NCBI RefSeq assembly: GCF_009834535.1
Contig: NC_045697.1
Span: forward strand, 99,882,001 to 99,946,000
DNA length: 64,000 nucleotides
Reading direction: 5' to 3'
Source: Camelus ferus
Lineage: Eukaryota
The translations under genes were made by a program, and so were the position numbers. The notes under the pieces were generated by a model. The model was not told where the DNA came from, did no database searches, and saw nothing but the letters and a program-made list of their open reading frames with translations. Every line of letters starts with the position of its first letter. Position 1 is the stretch's first letter. Below are positions 9,373 to 22,320 of the stretch, piece by piece.

Positions 9373-11646
9373 GGTGCTAATGACAAGCTGCAGAAGCCTC
9401 TTTTGGCAAGTCCAAGGGTAGGTCACCCTTGGGTTAAGAATGAATAAACAGAAAAACAAACAAAGAAGAAACACAGTGGTGAAGAGGACTTCTTGCCTCA
9501 GGAGCCAGAAGAAAATGCAAGAAAAATTATGTAACCTGTTAAACATGATGTAAAGAAGACACAATTTTTTTTTAAAAAAAAGAAGCAGAAAGTCCAAAGA
9601 GAAATCATGCCTAGATGAAAATGAAAAGAGGATGAGATGCAGACAAACTGAGAAGAAAGGGACCTGTGGGAGATGAGAAAAATGCAGAGACATCAACATT
9701 TCAGGGGCCAAATGGAAACCTGATTTGATGGAAGAAATCAACAGAATTTGCTTAGGGCTACTTAATATTTTAAAAAATTATTTTATGTTTTTTTCCTTCC
9801 TATATTTTCCCTTTCCCTCTGTCTCATTCAAGCATATAGCTGGCTTTATGCTCATTGCTTTAGGAGATAAAAGGTAGGATGAAATGGATAAGGTGTCCTG
9901 AAAACTCTTCCTTCCCAGCTTTTGTTTCCAAGAACCCAAGTCCCAGAAAGAGAGAGGGTTTTCAGATAGAGGCAGAATGGCTTCCAAGACTCATAGTTGA
10001 TCTCTCCCCTTCCTTCCCCCTTTGATAACCATAGTTTGTTTTCTATCATTTGATTCTTTATTTTAGTTTTCTCATGAAATTTTCCATTTAATCATTTATC
10101 TTATTAAATAAGTTAAACATAATCTTTAAAAAGTCTATGCCAATAACATTAATATCTGTGTCAATAGTAGGTTTGAGTCCACTATTTTTTACTTTAGTTC
10201 TGTCCCATAGTGTGGTTACTAATTTTTTTTTGCTTATTTTTATTGAATGCCAGATGTTGTATATGAAAAGCATACAGTCTTTGGATGATACTTTCTTCAT
10301 CCAGAGAAAGTGTACCTTTTGGAGGGATAGCAGTAAAAGTAGACACAGTTTCCTTATTCCAGAGATTAAGTTTATTTCTGGATTTTGATCTTAAGACTGA
10401 TCTATTTTGGTTCACATTTAATTTTGGAATAAAGGTTTTCAGAAATTCTAACTAATAGCCTGGGGGTGTTTACCAGAATTCCACCTCCTTGGCAGGCCCT
10501 GGAATCTGAGCTCACCTTGTTCAGTGAGAATGCCTGAGGTTCTGCTCAGTTTCGTAACCTCCGGCCACATGCTGAAACCTTGAAGGGAAAGCAGCACCCA
10601 GTGCAGAGTTTGCTCCTCTTCACTGACATCCTCTCCAGGATCTGGACTCATGGTCTTGCTACCTTGTCATTCCCACACTCCAGTTTTCATCTCTCCAGCC
10701 TTGAGGGGCTACTCAAAGCTCTGTTCTGCACCTTTACCTCTTTGCCACTACTTTTTGCTTAGCTTCTCAACCTCTTAACCCTGCACTGATAAATAAGTGA
10801 CAAATTCTAAGGAGAAAAGCTGAGCAGGTCTATGCATACTGGGATCACCTCCATGCATACTCCTTCTTCCCAAGACCTTAGTCCCTGAAGTCCTGGCTGC
10901 CTGGGTAGCTTCCGTTTGCTTTCAGATAAGTTCTTTGCTTTGTTTTGTTTTTGGTATTTTATCCAGCTTTTCTAGTTGTTCTTGTAATAGAATTGGTCTG
11001 ACACGGGTTGTCTGTTGTACCTAGAAGCAGAAGTCTTCAACAATGTATTTTTTAAGAAGATTAAGAAGAGTGAGCAGATGCTTGATCTTTAAGGTATTAG
11101 AAGTTATTATTAAACTAAAAAACTAAAATATACTCATACCTTTAAATGTAAATTAGTCTGTCTGGATTTTAAAAATTGCTTTGTATGGGAAATCCTTATG
11201 AATATCAAATGATCTGAAGCAAAGCATCTCTTTTCCCACACATTCTCTGAATTTTTTGTTTGTATATATGAGGCATTCTAAATTACAATCTATATGAAAC
11301 TTTATGGTACTCTGCAGCCATTTAACTTATATTTCGATGTCATTGGTACAAATTATGTAATTTTTACTGCCAGTTAAAAACAAAGAAAACTCTTTTTACT
11401 GTAAATAGTGAGAAGCAGCAGAGAAGTTTAAATTTCCATTATAAATGAATTCTGTTGTTTCTAGGGGGTGAAGTCAACCTGTAGTCACAGAGAGAGCCCA
11501 CCCCCACAACTGTCTAGTGTGTGCTAAGGGAAAGCACTCAGCACATAAGCAGTCAGGGAAGGCTGCCTGGGGGAAGGCTGCCATCAAGGCTGTAGTGAAA
11601 AGCACTGTGAAATACTAGCAGTTCTCAAAGGGGAAACTTGACCATT

Positions 11647-11808
11647 NNNNNNNNNNNNNNNNNNNNNNNNNNNNNNNNNNNNNNNNNNNNNNNNNNNNNN
11701 NNNNNNNNNNNNNNNNNNNNNNNNNNNNNNNNNNNNNNNNNNNNNNNNNNNNNNNNNNNNNNNNNNNNNNNNNNNNNNNNNNNNNNNNCTGAGCTATATC
11801 CTTCCCCT
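11647..11808 (-). mobile_element. Probable Vic-1 SINE largely hidden by an N-run
   Basis: The sequence right after the Ns (ctgagctatatccttccc) is the reverse complement of the Vic-1 5' end seen in the other copies. Confidence 0.6.
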
Positions 11809-14800
11809 ATGCCTAACAAATGTGTTGACATATCACAAAGTGTCCAAATATCTCAGAGTTTCTTGTCTGGAAATCAGACAAGCCTGAAACTGAAATGACC
11901 AGATCCACTTTTATTCCCTCAAACTGAGTAAAGCTTAATTATTCTCAGTCTTAGTTTCTTCCCCTGTAAGATTGTGGAATTTGGACTGGATAATCTTTAA
12001 ATATTAAAGCATGATTTTATCCAGATGGGTTTTGCTGTACTGTGGGTAGAAGAAATTTTTGCCGTCATTACTGCCTTAACCATTGAGAGCTTGGCACCTG
12101 GCCATTTTGATCTTCCTCCATCCACCTCGGCTGAAGTAGGACAGTCTGGAATTCGGAGAATCCTTTGTTGTCCACCTATATTTCTCAAGGGCCTGAGGCT
12201 GCTCAGCCAAGAAAAATGGCAAGGCTGGGGTAGCAAGAGGTGCCATGTGAATGTCTCATGATGAGGACAGAAAAGCAAGCTGCTACCAGTATAAGGAGGG
12301 GCTGAGGATAAGATAACAAGTGCATGACCGAAACCTGCCCAACTCGGGGTTAGCAGAAGGGAGGTATCTCTGGTTTCCAGAAAATAAAACCCAAATACTC
12401 CTGATGGGAGTCTAATCTTCAACTATCTAGGCTCCTTAGGATGTTTCCAGTTTAAAATAGGATAAAGTCTAACAAGCACATCCTCAGGAAGTTTGAAAAT
12501 GTTCTCTCTTTGACTGGTGGTAGCAGATACCTGGTACAGGTGCTGCTATTTCTCCATCCTGCACAGATGGCAGGACTCGGGTAACAGATAATGACACCCT
12601 TTTTCATGAGTCTAGAGAATGTCTCAGAATCCTTGCAAATGTAATACACAAGCCAGGACCTGGCTTACAGGATAAAACTGATCAACCATGCCCATCTTAG
12701 GCATGCAAATGGGGCACCGCTTGCCATGAGGTGAATAGTGATGCCAATAAGGGTGTCAGCCCAGAGGTTAGACTCATTAGAGATCCTCTGGTACCCAGCA
12801 TTAGTGCAGGATGCAGTCATACAGCAGGATTGCCTTCCATCCCTGCCCTGCCCCTGCTTATGCAAAGTGTTATGGTCTAATGGTTCCTTTAAAATTTGAT
12901 TTCATACTAGAAATAACTGACTGTGATCCTTTTTTGAAGAACGATTTTTATCCCAGGCAGGCTCACTGCAAGCACTTTGGGTGGAGCAAGGGTACACAGG
13001 AGGCCGTAGGCTCGCCCCCTTCTCTATGGCCCCCTCCGAGTCTCACCATGAGTGACCTTGTGCACATGATGTGACACCCCAGCTTATACATCAAAGTTCC
13101 ATGAACAGTGTGCTCAACAGGCAACTCACAGGCACCTTTGTACCCTAGGATGCCCGCATCTGGGTACATGGATCTACTCTCAGCGGGATGGGAAGGACAC
13201 CAGGCAGAGAACAATAGGGTCCGGGTTGGAGTGTGGTCTGCTTGGTGAGGGTGACCTAGCTCCACTCAGCACAGTGTCCATGGTCCTTCTGGAGCAGTCG
13301 TCGGAGGCTATCTGACCTGGGTGGGTGGACCAGGCGGGGCCCGCTTAAAGCATGGTGCCCAAGACAGGACAGCAATGGCCCAGGTCTGAGGCCAGCACTG
13401 AACCCAAATGGCTCGCTGATTCCTAGCATTTGAGGTTGTATTATATTAAACAATATATATTTAAAAGTACAGGCAGAGGGAAGGCCAGATATCTGGGGTA
13501 AAGTCTGCCCACAAACTTAGCTTCACTGAGCGTTTTTACTGAATTTCTTCCTTTCCTCCTCTTAGGAACCAGAGGGGTCACTAAAATCCTCAGGTTTGCT
13601 TTTTTTCTCCCAAGAGTTTCCATGGCAGCTGCAGTCAGAGGGGAGGAGGGAGAGAAGACAGAGGAGGGAGTCCACGGGAAAGGGCAGAGGTGTGTGCGGG
13701 GGAAGATGCTTCTTCCCATAAGAGGTGGCGCCAGTGACCTGCCTTCTGCTTTGTCTTTTTTTGTGAATCTTTTTTCTTTTTTGCCAGAGCTCTTAGGTTA
13801 GAGATTTTGCACTGGGGTAGAGTATCTCTTCCCGTTTCCAAAGACTCCATCTGTAGATGGGGGAGGGAGAGCCATAGAAACATATGAGGGAGGGTGAGCC
13901 TGTGGTTGTCTCGCCTGCTGGTCCTGGCTCAGGCAGCACTGCCCCATCCCCGCCACTCACAGCCAGCGATGTCAATCAGAAATAGAACCTGGACTTTTCT
14001 AAGGGAGCTGGCCTGAATGATTCTGAAACTTGACCTAGCTTTTTCACTCAGTGAACTCTTTACGTCCTCTCCTGTGTTTCTCCCTCTTGCCAACCTGAGA
14101 AAGAACAGTACCCAGTTTTGTCTGCTGGTGTCGCTGTCTGAGAGCTTTCTTGGTGGAAGGCCTGCTCAGCATTGAGCCCGCTGTCAAGGTTAAGGCTTTA
14201 TTGTTTTAAAAGTAGCACCCTCGGATTCTTAAATGATTGTCTCATTTCATGTGGATCATGTTGACCTTTGTTTATTTCTTCATTCAGGCCATCCATATTT
14301 TTAAAGAAGCTTTTAAAAGAGCAACTGAGGTTGCCTCTTTTGCGGAGAAAATACAAAGTGCAAGAGAAGGAAGACTTTGGTGGGGAGGGAGCTTTTGAAA
14401 GCTGAAGGATCTGACCTAGACCGTGCTTTTGGATGAGATTTTTGTACAGGCTTTGCACGAGCTTAAGACTGTCAGGGGAGGCCACCAGAAGTCACCGGGC
14501 CAGCCGGATGGAAGGTGCCCGAGGCGTGCTAGCTGCAGGCTCCGTGCCCCTGGGAACAGGCTTGCCCTAGCAGGGCTGTAGAGGGGAATGTTGCCAGTTT
14601 AAGGCCACAGACCCAAAAAGAAATTACATTTTAAGCTGAAACAAAATCCTGTGGGAATATTTCATGTTAAGTAATGTTTGCGTCATGAAGGACGTCATCT
14701 GTCTTCCACATAATCATTTCTCCCTTCGATCCTTTGGCTTCCTGTGTTCATGATGGAATAAAGTGCATTGTCTCTGCTGAGTGCTTCTGCAAGCTCTTCT

Positions 14801-15350
14801 TGATGATTATTTGAGTTACACTTGCATTCAAAGCTCTGCCCTCCTTTTCTGCCCTAGTTGTATGGAGCATTAAGGGGGAATGTACCCTTCTAGCTTTTAC
14901 TGGAGAAGTAAAACTTTAACCAGAGTGTATTGAATGTGGGCCTCAAATTTAGTCACAGGGAATGAATGGTCTTTAGCCCAATATTACCCTCTAGTGGGAT
15001 ACAATAGAATCAGGTATCTGGGATGCAACTGAACAGGTGTAACTGGAGATTTTGCATCAGGTCTGCTCTGTGGCAAATACAAGTGGCTATTAAGACTAGA
15101 AAAAAGAAGAAGAAGGAAAAAGAAAATTAAAAATTTGTTTCCCATTTAGAAAGTTGCTAGCCTTCAGTGAGGGTAGAGCATTTTATTATATTTAATAACT
15201 TCCCCGTTTTCTTTCATTTCTTTCATTTTAGTCTCTCATTTCTCTCTGGAAATAGCTGACATTTCAATACAAATTATACAAGAGTATTGTCCAAATATCT
15301 GATGCAAAGATTTCCTTTTTGGCTTTTGATGAAATTTAATATTGATCATA

Positions 15351-15439
15351 TATATATATTTTTTATTGAAGTACCGTCAGTTGCAATGTGTCAATTCTGG
15401 TGTACAGCACAGTGTCCCAGTCATGCTTATACACACATA
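15351..15439 (-). mobile_element. Short L1 3' end (same subfamily as 4000-4181)
   Basis: ttttattgaagtaccgtcagttgcaatgtgtcaattctggtgtacagcacagtgtcccagtcatgc, flanked by gatcata at 15344 and 15440. Confidence 0.75.
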
Positions 15440-16469
15440 GATCATACATTGTTTTATACCAAGGTTTTGTTCACTTCCAAAACTTCAAAAGTCAACCCTC
15501 TCCTCTATTTCTCACTCTTAGGTCTAAATTTGGGTTTAGAGTTGTTGGCATATTGCATGTGGTTCATGGATTTTGACAGTGTGACAAAGGATGCTGTAAA
15601 TTATATACCAAAACCAGTAAGTGGGAAAAAGGAATAAACTGTAACCCCTCATAGAGTTTAGGTTCCTTACCCCACAGAATATCAATAAGGGCTGAGAAAT
15701 TAGTCTATGGAGAATAGGCAGTGACTGATTATAAACATTCTTATATGCTTGTTTATTATTCTGTAGGAAGTTGAGGAGGTTTGAAGCAGAGGAAAACATG
15801 ATTACACTGAAGTTTTAGAAAGAGTGTGTAAGCAGCAGCTTAAAAAGATGAACTGGGGGGTGTGAGAGGAAGGCCTAGGGGCAGACAGATAGAGTGGCTA
15901 CAGTCCAGCCACCTTGGTTGTAATCAAGTCTTTATTCTTTTCAAACACATGCCATCAACATCATACACATGTTACGAAAGTGCGGCACCAGGCACTTACA
16001 TCCTGGACCATTTCTTCCTTGCTTGCCAGTGATTGGAAGAGTAAGTATATCCCACTCAGACTAACTGATAGCCACAGGGTTATTCTGAATGACTGCCTTC
16101 CAGTTGTTAAAAAACAGAAGGAAAGGAAAAGGGAAAAATAAGGAAAGTTGCCTTGGAGTTGCCAGTGTCAGAGACTATAAATCCACAGGAATCTTCCATC
16201 AGAACATCAACCTATAAGCTCGCCCTTTGGGTCACACTTTGGGGCAGAGGGTTGGACCATCAGATATTGTGCAAAGATATCAAGATGAGACAAGCTGCTG
16301 TGAGCCTGCTCCATCACCGAAGGCTGAGACATACTTTGTTCCTTTAAGTAAAAGGCAATAGAGCTTCTCCCAGTATGTGGCAGGGAGTTAAGCTTGTTAC
16401 TTTAAAGATAACCTATTTTTTTTTAAAGTACAGTCTGTAGCAAAGAGGATACATCAAATATAATATAAG

Positions 16470-17620
16470 TCTAATAAAAGCCTCTTGCGCATATGAACAA
16501 ATACCAGGCTGGATAAGACAGTATCTTGGAACTAGACAGAAGAACAGAGATAGGGGCTGAGAAGAAATAATGGGTTGGTCTCAGTCACAAGGTGGGTCAT
16601 ACTTAAGCAAGAAGAATCAAGAGTGATTCACATTTCTGGCTTCAGGAACTGGGTGGATATTGGTGTTATTAGTTAAGCTCAGAAACAACAAAGGAGAACA
16701 AGTTTTGGGGAGAAAATAGTCCAGTTTTTGAAGTGTATACAGTAAGTTCAGGAATGAGAGTGTGGACCATGCCTGAAACACCCAGGGCACTCACTGTCTA
16801 CTTGTTGAATGAAGCAGGTCAGGAGAGAAGCCTGAGCTTAGATACCCTTTGAGAGTCAGCAGCTGACAGGCAGGAGCCGAAATCAGGGCAAGCAGTGGAG
16901 AAGACAACCTTGAACAGATCTTTGTGGTACCCAGTGTTGAAAGGATTCAAAGGAAGGCAGCCTAGGAAAGTAGATGGAGGATTTGTCAGAGGGGGAGAAA
17001 AAGGAATCCGGAAGATCCTGGTGTCACAGAGACTGTGCAAGAAAGGAAAGAGTTTTAGGGAATTCAGTGAGGGAATGTCAGCATATCTAAATGCCACTGA
17101 AAGAAGTAAGTTAGTTAAGAACCAGAAGGGATCTATTGGATTCAGCAGTTAAGAAATCACAGGTGCCCTCAGCAGGAGCAGCTTCCACGCAGTGCTGAAT
17201 CCAGGCATCATATTGAAGGTGAATCGAAGTTAGATTGAAAGTGAAGAAACCGAGGCAGCAAGGTTATGTTCACTTTTCATGATCCTTGGCTGTGAAATGG
17301 TTGATGTCAGTAAATACAGGGTATCCCAGAGGGATTGAATAAGTATTCTTACAATAGGAGGCCAAGAAATCTGTTGTGAAGGAGATGTGAAAATAAAAGA
17401 GAGATGGGTTAAAGGAAGCCAGATTTTTATCCAGGGTGGAGGAAGGAGAAAAGTAGATTGCAGGAACAGACACGTTGGTAGTCGAGGGGCTAAAAGCTGA
17501 GACTTGCAACCAATTGCACCGATGATTTCTGTGAACTCAGAATCAAAATTTTCACCTAAGAGAGGGAAGGAAGTGGGAACAGGGGACTTGAAGAGACTAG
17601 TTAAGAATAGCTATTTAGGG
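16470..17620. mobile_element. Degraded L2 LINE
   Basis: Long purine-rich degenerate segment with L2-like words (e.g. tcagcatatctaaatgccactga, ctattggattcagcagttaagaaatcac). Confidence 0.5.
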
Positions 17621-18349
17621 GTTTAGGAGGGTTGAATCAGGGACAGGAAAGGGATTGTTGAGTGACATTCAGGACTCGTCTAAAGACTGAAGACATGACA
17701 TTGTGGCAGCGCAAATGTACGGAGTGTGTATGCTCTCCCCCAGCAGCCCAGATGTGACTGAAGAAGGCAGAACTTTGTGATGATTTGAGATCTGGGGACT
17801 GCCGAGTGGTCACCCCAAGTGGCAGCCAAAGAAAATGAGGGGAAATGGAGTTGAGAGACCTGAGAAGACAGCAGTTGAAGAGATGACCAGAAGATCGAAT
17901 CTGAATAGGAAAGTTAGTGAGAGACATTGGGAATGGATAGAAAGGTTAAAAGCCTAGAAGTGCCAAGAATAGGTGCAGTGGGACGGACAGAGGGGCTCAC
18001 CTGTCTAAGGTACAGCAGGGGATGGAAATCCAGGAAATCAAGGCTGGAGCATTTGCAGGCCTCTCTGTACAGATGAAGTTCCCTGAAGGGTAGCAAACAT
18101 TGGGGCAGAGGAAATCTGTGCACCAGCTGCTCGGTATTTAGTGAATTTTGGCGAAGGCTCAGGAGAACCCAGAAGAAGTTTGGTAGATGTGACAGAATAA
18201 AGGAGGACACAAATTCTTAGACACCCTTCTCACTGAGAGATGAGGTCTAACTCCTCCATTTGAGCCTGGCCTTGGACCATTAGGATATGGTGGGTGTGTC
18301 CCTCCTCTGGTTCCAGACCTCAGGATTGAGGGTGGAGAAAAAATTATGT

Positions 18350-19220
18350 CCGACTCTTACTTGAATTACTGCAGTGACCTTCTAACTGGTCTGCCTGCTT
18401 CTATCCTTGAACTTCTACCTCTATTCTCATTAGAGTGATCAGAATTATTGGTAAAACTTACGTTGGGTCATTTGTCTCTCCTGCTCCCAACCCTTCAGTG
18501 GTTCTACATCTCACTCAGAGTTAAAAGCTCAAGTCTCTTCATTGACCTCCCAGATCCTGTGTGATCTGGTTTCCTGTTACCTCTCTGCCTAGTACCTTCC
18601 CTCTGCTTCATCCACAGCTGTCTGGATGTTCCTCAAACTTACCAGGCACCCTCCCACCTCAGGGCCTTTGCATTTGCAGTTCCTTTTGTCTGTTTCCCTG
18701 ACATATTGGCGTGGTTCTCTCCCTCAGCTTTTACTCAAAAGTCATCTTCTCTGTGAGGTCTTCCTTGATCAGCCCATCTAAAATTTCACCATCTTCCCAA
18801 GCCCAGAATTGCAAATCCTGCTTTATTTATTTATTTTATTGCCCATGTCACCAACATAACATCTGTTTATCTTGCTTATAGTCTGTCTCCCTGATCAGAA
18901 TACAAACTTCTCTTAAGGGTAGGGATTTTTTTTAATTGAAGTATAGTTGATTTACAATGTTGTGTTAATTTCTGGTGTACAGCATAGTGATCCAGGTATA
19001 CATATACATATATTCTTTTCATTATAGGTTATTACAGGATATTGACTATAGTTCCCTGTGCTATACTGCAGGATCTTGTTGTTTGTCTATTTTATATATA
19101 GTAGTTTGTATCAAGGGCAGGGATTTCTGATTTGCACCATTTGCTGCTGTACTCCCAGTGCCTAATACAAACAGTATCTGGAACACGGTGGGTGGTGGAC
19201 ATTCCTGAAATAAGTGAATC
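18350..19220 (+). mobile_element. L2 3' region interrupted by an L1
   Basis: ttactgcagtgaccttctaactggtctgcctgcttc ... gtactcccagtgcctaatacaaacagtatctggaacacgg ... aataagtgaat. Confidence 0.7.
18929..19112 (-). mobile_element. L1 3' end with 14-bp TSD
   Basis: aattgaagtatagttgatttacaatgttgtgttaatttctggtgtacagc, flanked by aagggtagggattt (18915-18928) and aagggcagggattt (19113-19126). Confidence 0.85.
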
Positions 19221-20919
19221 CACTAGACAGTAGATTATCTTCAACCCAGTCCTCGCGATGTGGCACCAGTCCTTGATACCTGGCCCTTGAGGTGGTCTAA
19301 GAACAGCTACAGGATTTACACTTGCAGCTCTGGCCTCTCCGTGGAGGTGAGGAGGGGAGGTAGCTGTGAATCCAGGAAGCCCAAATAACCCACAGCTCCG
19401 CCCTCAGCCGCCTGCTCCTCCTGGCCGTGCAGACCGTCTCCCGGCAGCCAGTCCTAGGAACAAAACCCACAGGGAGATCTCCCAGTCCCTGCCGCCACTT
19501 CTCACTCGGTGTCTTCCTCTGAATTCCTTTCTCTGGCTGCCTAGGCTTTCTTTTTGAAGAATGAGACTGTCAAGAAGGTGTTAAACACAAGGCAGACAGC
19601 CCTAAACATTAGGCAAAAGAGTCATTTTAACAGAAAACTGTGTGAAGTGCTTTGTACTCACCACATCAATTACTATTCTTCTCAGGTGAGAAGTTGATAC
19701 TGAAACAAAAGAGCTGTCTTACAGGATGGGTAATGAAGAAGACACAGAGGGACCCTTAACTGGAGGAGCAGGAGAAAGGAGGCAGCTGGTGGGACTCCCC
19801 CCTCCTCCCCGAGTTCCACTGCTGGATTCATGAACTAAGTGGCTCCGAGCTGAGCCTTCTCACGGCCTGAGGCGCCCTTGGAGCCACTCCTGCACAGTGT
19901 ATCCCCCTCCCACCCAGAATCAGACTTGAAGTCAGGCAGGATGGAATCATGTGGCTGCATCTGTGGTTTCTCTGCAGCACTCACTTCCCCAGCATCCAGG
20001 CTCCACAGCATTTCTCCCTTTCCTCCAGCAGGAGATTTCTCTTTTGAGTTTTCATACATGAGCACTCCACTGAGGCCAGTACCCAAAGCTCTGGAGCCAG
20101 AAGTGCACTGGGATGTTGGTTCAATTCTATCAAGATACGGACATTAAGCCCATCGTCTGTGACAGTGTAAAGATTATCAGCATCAGAAACTCATCATCAC
20201 AGAGCTGGATGGGAAGTGACCTTTCAGAGAAGAAGATGGTCCATCACAATACACTAAAATTAAGGAGAATGATCCATGGAGATACTAAAAAGACATAATG
20301 CAACCATTAAAAACTAGACAGGAAGTTTAATGCTCTTTGAAAGGCACTGTCCACCTTCTGGAGGCTGAGGAGGAAGGAAGGGCTGAGCCAACAAGCCTGT
20401 TTGTCTCATAGGTTGAGTTGGAAATAATCAACTCAAAGGCTCAGGGCTCCTCCCTACACAAGCTCATTCCCTCCCAAACCCACCTTTGATTTTGGAGAAG
20501 TAAAGTTGAGACAGAGTATCAGGCTTTACAGAGTTATTTCTTGAGGCATCTTTAAGTGACCTTATAGAAACAATGGAATACTGGGTAACAATCTAAGAGT
20601 CAAATCAAAAAACGACTACTTGGTTAAATACATACCAAGTGGTGTTACAGTGTACTAACGAGAGTTAAACAGAGGGATTTTCACCCCTCTACCACTTATG
20701 TAGGGTAAGTTAAATAATTTGATGACTGATAACAATTGTCTTATTTTAAATATACTCATCCGTATGCATGTCACTACGTACTATATTTCTTATCTCAAAA
20801 TATTGCCTATAAAATTTGTTTACTTAGTCAAAATAATTGCCTAACATAATTTCCCCTCAAAGTTGTCAAAAGAATAATGTTATTCCCTTAGGCAGGCACT
20901 CAAGCACCGAGAGAAAAGC

Positions 20920-22320
20920 CACATCTGAGTATCTGATGTATTTTATTTGTTCACATTTATCCTATTTGAGGTTAACACTACTTCATTGGACCGTTTAAAA
21001 ATCATTCTGTAAACAAAATAAAAAACAGCAGCAACAGCTAAAATAAGGACATGATGGATACTAAAATAAAGGAATATGTTGGAAGGAATATTCTGAATAA
21101 GCAAAGGAAATGTGACCATGATTATGAATTCTACAATAAGAAGAAAAAAACACCAACATCTGCAAAAAACAAAACTCCAATAAAAAAGAAGGAAGAATTC
21201 AAAGTGCAGGTGCGATAGTTTCCACTTCCAAGTCCGTTCAGGAAATAGAGCATACTATTCTTTTAATATAAAGTGACAAGTTCCGCTTTAAACATTCAGA
21301 TATGTTATCTTGCAGATTTTTTTTTCAGTTTACATTATCTCTACATTGGTTTAACTGGAACGACGGTCATATGTGATACATGGTATAATTTCTTGAACCT
21401 ATGGAGAGTATGGAAATGATAAAGTTTATTGTTTTATTTTTTGCTTTATTTGCAATGAGTAACAAGAAGCTGAAAATCCAGCATGAGAAGCATCAGTTCT
21501 TTACTCTTCCCCAAATCCCCCCAAAATCCTGAGCCCGCTTATCATTTTTGCTGCCACTTTGAGGTTCTCTGCAGCAAAAGACTGTTCATATCCCCTGAAT
21601 TCTGGCCAGCTGACTTAACTAATCATTTTTTTTAATGCAAAATTGGTCTGGTATTTGTCCAAATTGATCAAATAGAAGTGTGATTCTGGCATTACACAGA
21701 AATCACTCACACTTCTGTAACTGCTTAGAACCTCAAATGGGAATACTGGTTGAACATGATTTTTGAATAGAGGACTTTTATGAAATATATTTCAAATCTT
21801 AAAAAATATGTTTAATGCTCCCTAAAAGTGGTATAAGATCTACCTTAGCTGACAATGCCCATTCCATTGAAGAACATTCTGTGTTTGTGGCATTACACTT
21901 TCCTTTCAGCTCTAATTCTATTTTTAAAAAAGCCCAAATGCACAATGGCTGCTGCCTTCTTTAGCGTTAAACAGCACTATGTATTTTTTTAAACCATGTG
22001 GACAGCTCAACAGCAAGATTAAGAAGTTATAATACACACATATCACAGACAGAGTCATCTTTTTTTTGGAATTCACTGAATAAACTGCATTCTGGTAAAT
22101 CCCCCTCCCCGCAACGAGAGTGTACTCTACCTACATTGAGGCGTTTAAATATTTCTCCAACAGTTTTCATTGTATTATATTATGAAAACACTAGGCTTCA
22201 AGCCGGGTACTAATAAATATTTAATTTAAAAGGAAGGAAAGAAACCCCAACACAGAAGAACATAAAAAAGACCCTTCCCACCCCGCCCCCACCTCCGCGT
22301 CCCCAGTGAAGGCGCCGGAG
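20920..22320 (-). other. TBC1D9: TBC1D9 3' UTR (inferred extent)
   Basis: AT-rich, repeat-free stretch between the stop codon and the AATAAA signal. Confidence 0.6.
20942..20947 (-). terminator. TBC1D9: Likely TBC1D9 distal polyadenylation signal AATAAA
   Basis: Plus tttatt, ~1.38 kb past the stop, followed on the transcript by a GU/U-rich tract (gtggcttttctctcggtgctt). Confidence 0.6.

Noticed and set aside
11997-12422. 141-aa minus-strand ORF, considered as a possible ERV env or pseudogene remnant
   Set aside because: I could not match any retroviral or cellular motif, and there are no flanking paired LTRs.
180-20920. ~21-kb TBC1D9-UCP1 intergenic distance as unusually compact
   Set aside because: Shorter than I recall for human but similar to rodents, so not clearly exceptional.
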